From Legionella sp. (GTDB lineage: Bacteria > Pseudomonadota > Gammaproteobacteria > Legionellales > Legionellaceae), in assembly GCA_009995425.1 (NCBI GenBank), contig JAACPN010000005.1, forward strand, positions 55,349 to 119,348: 64,000 nt of DNA, read 5' to 3'. The translations under genes and the position numbers were made by a program. How positions within the stretch are numbered: position 1 is the stretch's first letter; each line of letters starts with the position of its first letter. This document shows positions 56,666 to 64,000 of the stretch, piece by piece. The notes beneath the pieces were generated by a model that was given only the letters and a program-made list of their open reading frames with translations, searched no databases and was not told the origin of the DNA.

Positions 56666-57306
56666 CGCACACCTGCTCCAGACGCCTCAGGCCCCACCAC
56701 AAATTGAGCAATACCAATGCCTCGCGGTGAATTCAAGGTAGATATACGCGAAATCAAAAGGGTAACCACATTTCGCTGTTGTGAAAATTCACTCGCACTC
56801 TGATACGTCACCAACATCGGCATTTGCACACGCCAAGAATAACGTCCATTGAGTACACCTTTTTGAAGAATAATCGGTGCACTGGTCGCAACGGCTGAAA
56901 CAATTAATTTTTTCGCTCGTACCGCATCTAAATTATTCGAGTCTTCTAATGCGGTTAAAAATTGCGTCCAACCTTCTGAGGTAAAAAATCCGGAGGACGC
57001 TTGAAGCTCGGTTCTATAATTCACAAAATTATAAGTAAAAGCTGCAACCGCCGCTTGATTAGCCCATTGCAAAACAGCAGAGTCGGACTGATTGGGTTCG
57101 TTTAAAGCAAACAACGGCGTAATACGACCATTGATGCTTGTTGCAAAATATTTAGGTGCTGGGGGATGCGTTAATAAATACGCCAACAGCGACGCCATCA
57201 GGATGTTTGAAATAAACGATAGCAATAAAATCACCATCATTTTTCGTTGTCCATCACGATAAAAATCGTTTCTTAATGTCACCGCGGTCAAGGCATCGTT
57301 TGCCAT
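56662..57306 (-). CDS. icmL: IcmL/DotI
   Basis: 214 aa. FYRDGQRKMMVILLLSFISNILMASLLAYLL N-terminal TM. Periplasmic VirB8-like size and position. Confidence 0.85.
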   Translation of the reverse strand: MANDALTAVTLRNDFYRDGQRKMMVILLLSFISNILMASLLAYLLTHPPAPKYFATSINGRITPLFALNEPNQSDSAVLQWANQAAVAAFTYNFVNYRTELQASSGFFTSEGWTQFLTALEDSNNLDAVRAKKLIVSAVATSAPIILQKGVLNGRYSWRVQMPMLVTYQSASEFSQQRNVVTLLISRISTLNSPRGIGIAQFVVGPEASGAGVR

Positions 57307-57321
57307 GGCGTCCTCTCTTAA

Positions 57322-57609
57322 TTATTCAACATTTAATATTTTTTCATCCACAACAGCATCCGGATCATTCCCCAGCAACGGAACAGCACTCATATTACGA
57401 GCATCCAACGGAATCACTTCCGTCGGTGGAACCATACCGTTGGTGATATAAAAATGACGTTTTGGCTGATATAAATAAGTGTGCCAAATAACCACGCCTA
57501 ACACCACATTAATCACTAACGAAAAAACCAGTGCGCTTTGTGAAAAACGAAAAGTTGTCGTATAAAAACGTTTCGTTCGTCTTATGTTACGCCACACCTG
57601 TCGCCGCAT
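57322..57609 (-). CDS. icmM: IcmM/DotJ
   Basis: 95 aa with a single TM. Sits between icmN and icmL, as in Legionella. Confidence 0.75.
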   Translation of the reverse strand: MRRQVWRNIRRTKRFYTTTFRFSQSALVFSLVINVVLGVVIWHTYLYQPKRHFYITNGMVPPTEVIPLDARNMSAVPLLGNDPDAVVDEKILNVE

Positions 57610-57631
57610 GCTTACCCCTACAGACTATCCA

Positions 57632-58207
57632 TCAAACAATCGTTCGTCTAAACGTAATCTCTACACGAGCATTGGGTGATTTATCACTCGCACGCGCTGT
57701 TGTTACAATAGGTTTATCACTCCCCATCCCTTGTGTAAAGAGCAAGCGCGAATCAACGCCTTGTGACCACAAATAATTTGCAACCGCATGAGCCCTTGCT
57801 AACGACAACGCGTGTTCTCGTTTAGGTGAAACATAAGGACTGGTAAATGCTGCGACATTGAGCCCAACCATTCGAAATTGACGTAAATAACACGCGATTT
57901 CATTTAATTGCTTATATGATTCTCGTATCAAACGGGGTGATTGGTCTGCAAACAGTGATTTGGCGGGCATGCTTAATAAATAATCTTGCCCAATTGAAAT
58001 AATTTGCACACCTTGCTGTTCTAAACGTCGCTCCAAAGCGATGATTTCAGCATCCCCTAGAGCCACTTGATTTGGCAATTGAGGTTCATTCTGAATCAAG
58101 CTTGGTGGAAGATTGGACTGACATGCAACAAGGCATACTAAAACAGCAACAAGGCTTGCTTTCATAACTGGCATCGCACGCAGATCAGCAAACAATCGAC
58201 TTAACAC
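57632..58207 (-). CDS. icmN: IcmN/DotK OmpA-like lipoprotein
   Basis: 191 aa. Lipobox LVACQ. C-terminal OmpA-type peptidoglycan-binding block (LSLARAHAVANYLWSQGVD..RLLFTQGMGSDKPI...NARVEI). Confidence 0.85.
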   Translation of the reverse strand: MLSRLFADLRAMPVMKASLVAVLVCLVACQSNLPPSLIQNEPQLPNQVALGDAEIIALERRLEQQGVQIISIGQDYLLSMPAKSLFADQSPRLIRESYKQLNEIACYLRQFRMVGLNVAAFTSPYVSPKREHALSLARAHAVANYLWSQGVDSRLLFTQGMGSDKPIVTTARASDKSPNARVEITFRRTIV

Positions 58208-58288
58208 GAATTCAAACCCTTACTTATTTTTATATACTTATCATAACAACACAGAACACATCAAGAGACAAGTTCTAAGCTTGATATT

Positions 58289-60622
58289 TTATTTGCCTTT
58301 TGCCCCTGCTTTACGTGACTCATCGATGCGTTTAACTAAAGTTTTCACCGAGTCTGCGAGTAAATTCGGTTCCATGAGGACACGACGTTCAGGTGGGTAA
58401 GCTGTCGCCATTTGAAGGTCTTTCACGATTTCGTTGGCAACGGCACCCGCCAACTTATCTTTATCGCCACACAAACGACCAATATTCATTAAATAATCAC
58501 GCGCTTCTTGAATCGGTAATAATGCTTTTGAAAAAGCTTTAACATCTGCGGCTTTGACAGCAGGACTGCCCTCTGGAGCTTCACGCAGCTCACTGAAGAT
58601 GGTGATATTCTCTGGAGGCGTTTCATCAAACAAGGCTTCCACTTCTTCGGGTTCATTACGTTTATGAAAGGCTAGCAAAGCAGCAACACCTCGTTCCATG
58701 GGATCAGCAGCCTGAGCCTCCCGTAAATAGTGCGCTATATGAGGGACCTCATCATCTTTGATTACTGCACGTATCGTTAAATCATCACGTGCTAAAGCCT
58801 CTTGAAAACTCTTCGCTTGCATCATAAGTTTATTCAAATACACATCGGGAGGCGGTTCTACTTTTAAAAATTGATTCACTTTGAGACGAGCCACGGGCTT
58901 TGGATTCGCATAAAACATACGTGCTCGAACAATTTTCGATTTAAAAAAGATGTGTGCTTCACCTTCTGTTTGTTCTTTGAGATCTAATAAATCAACACGC
59001 GCACGGCGCTCAAAAGAAGAGCTCTTGGTGTCTTTATAAGTATTCGAGATACCACTTTCTTCTGTCTGAAACGCGTCAACTTTGGTTACATAGGCCTCGC
59101 CCGCTGTTTTTGTGAAAAAATCCCATGTCTCTGTCGGATCTTCAAGCTTCATACAAATTTTAATATTCGTATTAGCTCCAATCGAGGCCGCTTCTTCTTT
59201 GGATGATTTTTGAAATGCCGGTAAATCCTGACCCGCAAAAATGGCCGAAAAACCAAGCGACCGTGCCTGTGCTGGCACCACGGCAAAGCCTTCTACCGCA
59301 TAATAACCGTACTCATCTAAAATACACATATAAGGCGTAGGCGCATTGGTCGGTTTACGCTCAATTACATCACGATAATCCCCCTCCACATCTTCACCTA
59401 AACCTGCCGCCATCATCGCTTTCAACGAGGCCACGATCACTTTACCCAAATTGGCTAACTCATCCGGTGATTTTTCGAGCGCAGGCAAAAGCACGACAAG
59501 AACTCGACGATTTAAAATCACATCTTTAAAATCCACTTCGGCTAAATTGGTTCGAATAATATGTCCGTACGTATCCGCCAATGATGAAAAACTTCGAACC
59601 AATTGCATCGTAATAAAACCATGTTGCTCGAGTACTTGAGAAACTTGCTTTCCTTTTTTTTCAGGATTATACCCCGGCAGCGTTTTCAAATAGTTACGCA
59701 GTGGATCCGTCACAAGCTTTGGAATCGATTCAATATTGACACTCTCTTGATCATCACGAGGAAACACTTTATCAATCACAATCGATTCTAAGCGCTGCAA
59801 ATCAAAATAATTACGAATACTGTTTGCATCGAGTAAAATCGCCCCTTCATCACGCATGTAGACAAGCAAACGCATGAGCGCTTCAACAAACGCAATGGCT
59901 CGCCCTTTCCACATATCACCATCACCCTGACCTGAGCTTCCCATCAAGTTAACCACCAACTGAGTTAACATACTCGATGAACCTTGGCAAAATGGATTCA
60001 ATGTATTGGACAAGCGTTTTTCTTGTGGACCGATAATATCGCGCGCACCCGTCATAAAATTAATCAGCAACAGATCATCTTCTCGCCCCATGCTACGCAC
60101 CATCGAAAAGACTTTAGCATAAAGCGAGTTATCACCTTTTCCATCCACATAAATAAAGCCGCTGCCTTGCACCAAGGCATTGTAAGCAATCGAAACCAGC
60201 GCTTCTGTTTTACCACTCCCGGTCGAACCAAAAATCAAAGCATGGGTTCGCATATCATCATTAGCAAACCATAATTCTTCACTTGTTTTATTATCATTAC
60301 CAAAAAATGCTATGCCGCGTGACATATTCGGTTTTTTAATACCCGGTATAAGATCATTATAATCTTTTACGCGTGCCGTCATCGGCATCCGAAACGGCAA
60401 AATCTGCTTACGCGTTAAGGTATACCAACCCGCAAGGCCACCCAGAATGAAACCCAACAGCGCAATTTCGGGTACCGCATAACTGACAATCGCAATACCA
60501 CAAATCAAAGCCGTGACATTAACTGAGTCAGCAAAAAAATCTTTAATGCGCTGGCTTAAGGTTCGGGTATCCCGTAACAGCAGGGTAGGATCCATTTCAT
60601 GACGTGCTTCAACCCCTCTCAT
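58289..60622 (-). CDS. icmO: IcmO/DotL type IV coupling protein
   Basis: 777 aa. Two N-terminal TMs, Walker A IFGSTGSGKTEAL and Walker B ILDEYGYY. 4-nt overlap with icmP. Confidence 0.9.
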   Translation of the reverse strand: MRGVEARHEMDPTLLLRDTRTLSQRIKDFFADSVNVTALICGIAIVSYAVPEIALLGFILGGLAGWYTLTRKQILPFRMPMTARVKDYNDLIPGIKKPNMSRGIAFFGNDNKTSEELWFANDDMRTHALIFGSTGSGKTEALVSIAYNALVQGSGFIYVDGKGDNSLYAKVFSMVRSMGREDDLLLINFMTGARDIIGPQEKRLSNTLNPFCQGSSSMLTQLVVNLMGSSGQGDGDMWKGRAIAFVEALMRLLVYMRDEGAILLDANSIRNYFDLQRLESIVIDKVFPRDDQESVNIESIPKLVTDPLRNYLKTLPGYNPEKKGKQVSQVLEQHGFITMQLVRSFSSLADTYGHIIRTNLAEVDFKDVILNRRVLVVLLPALEKSPDELANLGKVIVASLKAMMAAGLGEDVEGDYRDVIERKPTNAPTPYMCILDEYGYYAVEGFAVVPAQARSLGFSAIFAGQDLPAFQKSSKEEAASIGANTNIKICMKLEDPTETWDFFTKTAGEAYVTKVDAFQTEESGISNTYKDTKSSSFERRARVDLLDLKEQTEGEAHIFFKSKIVRARMFYANPKPVARLKVNQFLKVEPPPDVYLNKLMMQAKSFQEALARDDLTIRAVIKDDEVPHIAHYLREAQAADPMERGVAALLAFHKRNEPEEVEALFDETPPENITIFSELREAPEGSPAVKAADVKAFSKALLPIQEARDYLMNIGRLCGDKDKLAGAVANEIVKDLQMATAYPPERRVLMEPNLLADSVKTLVKRIDESRKAGAKGK

Positions 60623-61749
60623 GTTTCCAGTCCTTGAAATTCCTTCGGTGATAATTTAACTTCTTTGACGGCGACTTCGAGTGCTTTGATTGCTTCATCA
60701 ATCATCGGTGTGAGCGAACGTCGCTTCATCACCTGCTCCGCACGCCAATGAGCAAAAGCGCCCCCCACTTCTGAATACGGTGTTTGCCTTCCTGCACTGT
60801 TCAACATGTACCACAAACGCCTATCAACCAATTTAAGCCATAAAAATTCTGATGTAGGCACAACGCCATCATTACGAGCCGCCATGATAAGCGCCGCCAT
60901 CACGGTTAAAACATACGCATGGCGCGCCACGACTTCTTGCACTAACTCCGAATCTTTATATTTTTCAAACGTCGGTGTAGCTACTGAATAATCGGGCTTG
61001 CCTGTCGTACTGGTTGTATCAAGCACTCTTAAAATTAACGTCGCTGCTGCACGATCGCGGCACATACGCGCCATAAAAACAGCAGCGAGCGCTTTCACAT
61101 GCGGTTGACAACGATCAAAGCCTTCCCATGCAGCACCTAATTGCAACGTAAAAATACGTTTCGCATCACCACGCCGTATCCCAGCCGTCAACTCCATGCC
61201 TGGAAGTGGTGCGTCAATTAAAGGATCTTCCAGCTTCAATAATTTATGCTTCCAAGCAAATTCAACGGGGGTTAAAGCCATAGCCCAAGGCCCTGTATTA
61301 ATATCCATGCTCACAAGATCTTGTGCTTTAACAACAGGCGTAATGCATGGCCAATTTTGTTGTTCTTGCTCACGCAGCGATTTCATACTGTAGGTTTTCC
61401 GATAGCGTAATGCTGTATTCGAGCGATAAAGTATGACCGCAAACCCAAACAATGCAACGGCATAAGGATAGCGCATGTAGGCACCCACACGACTCATGAT
61501 TTCAACCAGATCCCCCCATTTAACATAAGCTGGGTCAACCGTTTGCATCAAATCAATTTCGTCGGTCAAAACCGTACCACCTAAAACAAGATGAACCAGC
61601 TTCGCTTGCACAAGATTCACTGAAAAAACAGCGGCAACGATATATTGATGTGCAACATACCAAATAAAATAGGCTGTAAGAAACAGAAGGAGGGTAATCC
61701 AAACCGGTGCTAAGGAGTTATCACCACCACCTGATTGTTGTTGGGCCAT
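60619..61749 (-). CDS. icmP: IcmP/DotM
   Basis: 376 aa, as I recall for L. pneumophila IcmP. N-terminal TM pair. Immediately upstream of icmO and coupled to it. Confidence 0.85.
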   Translation of the reverse strand: MAQQQSGGGDNSLAPVWITLLLFLTAYFIWYVAHQYIVAAVFSVNLVQAKLVHLVLGGTVLTDEIDLMQTVDPAYVKWGDLVEIMSRVGAYMRYPYAVALFGFAVILYRSNTALRYRKTYSMKSLREQEQQNWPCITPVVKAQDLVSMDINTGPWAMALTPVEFAWKHKLLKLEDPLIDAPLPGMELTAGIRRGDAKRIFTLQLGAAWEGFDRCQPHVKALAAVFMARMCRDRAAATLILRVLDTTSTTGKPDYSVATPTFEKYKDSELVQEVVARHAYVLTVMAALIMAARNDGVVPTSEFLWLKLVDRRLWYMLNSAGRQTPYSEVGGAFAHWRAEQVMKRRSLTPMIDEAIKALEVAVKEVKLSPKEFQGLET

Positions 61750-61816
61750 GCGCTTGCCCTTATGTTATGAATCCATATAATAAATTTAGTATATACTCAC
61801 TTTTACCCAGATGCGA

Positions 61817-62413
61817 CTACCCAGCAGAATTCGCATCAGGCATTTTAATAAGTCGTCCTTTTTTATACCTATACTCACCACTAGCATGCACAAAACGCAT
61901 GATATTATCCAGTTCTAATGCTTTATTTTTTAAGGTCAAAAGCTCGGTTCCAAAGCGATCTTTCGGTGTTTTATCTGCCGGTGTTGGCAAAATAAAATCA
62001 CGCATAATATAGATCGCAACATAAGCCTCATTCAGATGATTGCGCCTTTCTTTGAATGCTTTCTCGATGGCTTTTTGATCTGCATAGACAGGCCTTGATA
62101 TCGCTTGACGCGGAAGGTTTGTCAAAATCTTTTCCCAGGATTCGAGTTTCCCACCGTCAGATGAATATAAGGCTATAAAAACTTCTTGTTGCGTATCAGA
62201 CGGTGCTTGGACTTTTTTATGCTCTGTTGTTTGATGGTTCTCAGTTTGCGCGGCACGGCCCGCACGCTCAGTAAAATCATCATGACTTTTTTGTATCTTC
62301 TTACCAAGTACACGTAAAAAAGCGGAGTTATTCCAAGGCCCCCGCTCCAATAACTCACGCAGTGAATCCAACACCGTGTGAACTTGCTTTTCTGATAATT
62401 TATTATTTTTCAT
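61817..62413 (-). CDS. icmQ: IcmQ
   Basis: 198 aa. Blocks GPWNNSAFLRVLGKK, VFIALYSSDGGKLESWEKILTNLPRQAISRPVYAD, NEAYVAIYI and FVHASGEY resemble L. pneumophila IcmQ as I remember it. Confidence 0.85.
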   Translation of the reverse strand: MKNNKLSEKQVHTVLDSLRELLERGPWNNSAFLRVLGKKIQKSHDDFTERAGRAAQTENHQTTEHKKVQAPSDTQQEVFIALYSSDGGKLESWEKILTNLPRQAISRPVYADQKAIEKAFKERRNHLNEAYVAIYIMRDFILPTPADKTPKDRFGTELLTLKNKALELDNIMRFVHASGEYRYKKGRLIKMPDANSAG

Positions 62414-62460
62414 AGAGCGTAGGCTAGCAAAAATAAGGTGTTATTCAGATTATAGCACCG

Positions 62461-62757
62461 TTACATGCTTCGCGTTGGAGTAGACGATGCAATCTTAGCT
62501 TCATCGGCTGTTTTTTCAACGCTTAATTCAGGATTAATCACATCATAAATACGGCGCTCCGCATACTTAAGCATCGCTAGAGCTTCATCATTCTGCTCAC
62601 TTTGACGAGACGAGTTACACAAAGTCTGTAAAGGCGCCATCACTTCAGCCAGTACAGCTAACACGGCTAGAACATCACTGCGATCAGCCGCATTGAGTTC
62701 TACATGATTCTCAAAAAATTTCATACCCACAGCCCCTATTAAAAGCAGCATGCCCAA
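62461..62757 (-). CDS. Small protein in the icmR slot (putative functional IcmR homologue, IcmQ chaperone)
   Basis: 98-aa ORF between icmS and icmQ on the same strand. Predicted helical and acidic. I recognise no sequence similarity to IcmR. The call is by position only. Confidence 0.5.
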   Translation of the reverse strand: MGMLLLIGAVGMKFFENHVELNAADRSDVLAVLAVLAEVMAPLQTLCNSSRQSEQNDEALAMLKYAERRIYDVINPELSVEKTADEAKIASSTPTRSM

Positions 62758-62823
62758 ACAAAGAGCAATACATAATATTAAGCGTACAAAAGATAGCTTA
62801 AAGGAAGCTTAATAAGGCATCTC

Positions 62824-62839
62824 TTTTCGAATTCTTTAC
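62824..62839 (-). promoter_or_regulatory. Possible CpxR-type box GTAAA-N6-GAAAA upstream of the icmR-slot gene
   Basis: The minus strand reads GTAAAGAATTCGAAAA, 67 nt upstream of the ATG at 62757. The E. coli CpxR consensus is GTAAA-N5-GTAAA. L. pneumophila icmR is reported to be CpxR-activated. Confidence 0.3.
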
Positions 62840-62860
62840 ATTATCTTACATAATTAAAGC

Positions 62861-63205
62861 TTAATCATACATCAATTCATCCAAAGGCGTGTGATCTTTG
62901 CTCGGACCACCTTGCACAAGTTCATGAAGCACATCCGTCATACAGAGCAAGCGAAGAGCATTGGGTGTGACTTCATCAAATAATACACGCGTGCCAAGTA
63001 AGGCGTCTTCCGCGTCTTCAAACGATGCGCCAAGACCGTAGCCCAAACATAACGAAGCCAATTGATCTGCACGGCGAACAATCGCTGGTAAAAGCCCCGT
63101 GGCTGAAAAAACATCTTCATGCTTAATGGGATGATTGTTCAAAAAGAAATGAGCTTTCATTTTTGAAGCGACCAACACCATACCTTTAGAAATTTCAAGT
63201 GACAT
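62861..63205 (-). CDS. icmS: IcmS adaptor/chaperone
   Basis: Starting at the internal Met (MSLEISKGMVLVASKM...) gives the canonical 114 aa. Conserved ATGLLPAIVRRADQLASLCLGYGLGASFED..., LRLLC.TD and PLDELMYD. The 149-aa track ORF would overlap icmT. Confidence 0.9.
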   Translation of the reverse strand: MSLEISKGMVLVASKMKAHFFLNNHPIKHEDVFSATGLLPAIVRRADQLASLCLGYGLGASFEDAEDALLGTRVLFDEVTPNALRLLCMTDVLHELVQGGPSKDHTPLDELMYD

Positions 63206-63206
63206 A

Positions 63207-63470
63207 TTACGTCCACCATGGTCGAGATGATTTGATATAGCCTGCAAAAAACGTGCGTATCCAACGAAAGAATACCGGCAAACTAAAGCCATAACGCTCG
63301 AGTACGCCAAAAAAAGCCGCTGAAATCAACACAAGAATACCGGTCCAAACACGAATATGCATCAAAAAGAAAAAAATAGGAAACGCTGCGCGAGCATCCA
63401 CAATAAAAAAACGCGGGCTCCTCGCTGAATCTCGCCAATGCGTTCCAGGAGGAAAATCATATGCCATCAT
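63207..63470 (-). CDS. icmT: IcmT
   Basis: Starting at MMAYDFPPGTHWRDSARSPRFFIVDARAAFPIFFFLMHIR.. gives about 87 aa with a GTGAGG SD. The HWRDSAR..FF.VDARAAFP block is IcmT-like. The stop is one nt from the icmS ATG (TAATATG). Confidence 0.85.
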   Translation of the reverse strand: MMAYDFPPGTHWRDSARSPRFFIVDARAAFPIFFFLMHIRVWTGILVLISAAFFGVLERYGFSLPVFFRWIRTFFAGYIKSSRPWWT

Positions 63471-63605
63471 GGCCTCACTTTTGATGATCTCAATCAGACT
63501 TAAAAGTATACCGAAGACCGTATCGAATGCAATGCGAGATATTTGATGTTCGAACACATCCACGCCATAATCATACCTATGCAACATCATAACCATACTG
63601 ACACT

Positions 63606-64000
63606 GTGACTAAGAAACAAATCATTAAACAAACCATTCGTCGCTCAATGCAGGCTAAGCGTAAGGCGCTGCCTCTTCATGCACGTACCAAAGCCTCACA
63701 GGCGCTCTGTGCACGCCTTCAAACCCTTTCGGTGTATCAGCAGGCTACGCATATTGCACTCTATCAAGCCATCGAGGGTGAAATCGACCTACATCCCCTT
63801 TGGACGCTTGCAGAACAAGCAGGTAAAACCTGTTATATGCCTGTCATGAACACGCAAACAAAAACATTATTTTTTTTGCCTACAACACAAACATCACCTC
63901 AACAAAGCAATATCTATCATATAGTAGAGCCCAAGACCCCACATACACAAGCTATCGAACTTGATTATCTCGATTTAATGCTTATACCCTTAGTGGCTTT
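63606..64000 (+). CDS. 5-formyltetrahydrofolate cyclo-ligase (N-terminal part; runs off the right edge)
   Basis: My translation from the GTG at 63606: VTKKQIIKQTIRRSMQAKRKALPLHARTKASQALCARLQTLSVYQQATHIALYQAIEGEIDLHPLW..GKTCYMPV... This is the typical MTHFS-family N-terminus. There is no stop before the window end. The start codon is uncertain. Confidence 0.7.
   Translation, partial: MTKKQIIKQTIRRSMQAKRKALPLHARTKASQALCARLQTLSVYQQATHIALYQAIEGEIDLHPLWTLAEQAGKTCYMPVMNTQTKTLFFLPTTQTSPQQSNIYHIVEPKTPHTQAIELDYLDLMLIPLVA

Noticed and set aside
56241-56741. 166-aa plus-strand ORF, and similar long antisense ORFs (47676..48269, 10336..10719, 32452..32856, 46008..46430)
   Set aside because: All are embedded antisense in well-supported genes (icmK/icmL, icmB, the 536-aa gene, the MscS-family gene). 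They have low-complexity, Ser/Cys/Arg-rich translations and no SD. They are typical shadow ORFs.
62861-63632. Long versions of the icmS (149 aa) and icmT (141 aa) ORFs in the track
   Set aside because: The N-terminal extensions would overlap the upstream gene or the divergent cyclo-ligase gene. Internal Mets give the canonical sizes (114 and ~87 aa), with an SD for icmT and a TAATATG stop/start junction.

Overview
A 64-kb chromosomal segment from a Legionella-like gammaproteobacterium (order Legionellales; the taxon is inferred from gene content only). The right third (45.98-63.47 kb, all minus strand) holds a complete, syntenic Dot/Icm type IVB secretion region II: icmT-S-(icmR-slot gene)-Q-P-O-N-M-L-K-E-G-C-D-J-B. 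The T6SS-like pair icmH(dotU)-icmF lies about 40 kb away at the left end (1.57-5.28 kb). Housekeeping genes fill much of the space between: prfB-lysS, fliA, udk, alaS, recX, recA, an acetoacetyl-CoA synthetase, metNIQ, an MscS-family channel and an RND efflux operon. A vapBC-type TA pair, two AAA-ATPase genes (one decayed) and several effector-like genes are also present. These include a coiled-coil protein, an RI-type LRR protein made of near-identical 87-bp units, and a membrane protein whose 5-prime end is split by a 158-bp MITE. The most unusual region is 12.4-17.7 kb. It has two paralogous secreted Cys-containing proteins next to a compact lasso-peptide-type RiPP gene set: an Asn-synthetase-like cyclase, an HPr-kinase-like kinase and a PqqD/RRE protein. 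A textbook-looking lasso leader plus core (YSSP...T-Q|GNSTDFQTDNLETGS) is encoded in frame at the C-terminus of the PqqD protein itself. I found no recognisable leader peptidase or exporter. I also found no rRNA, tRNA, CRISPR array, transposase or prophage gene. All calls rest on my own reading of the translations and DNA; no database search was run.
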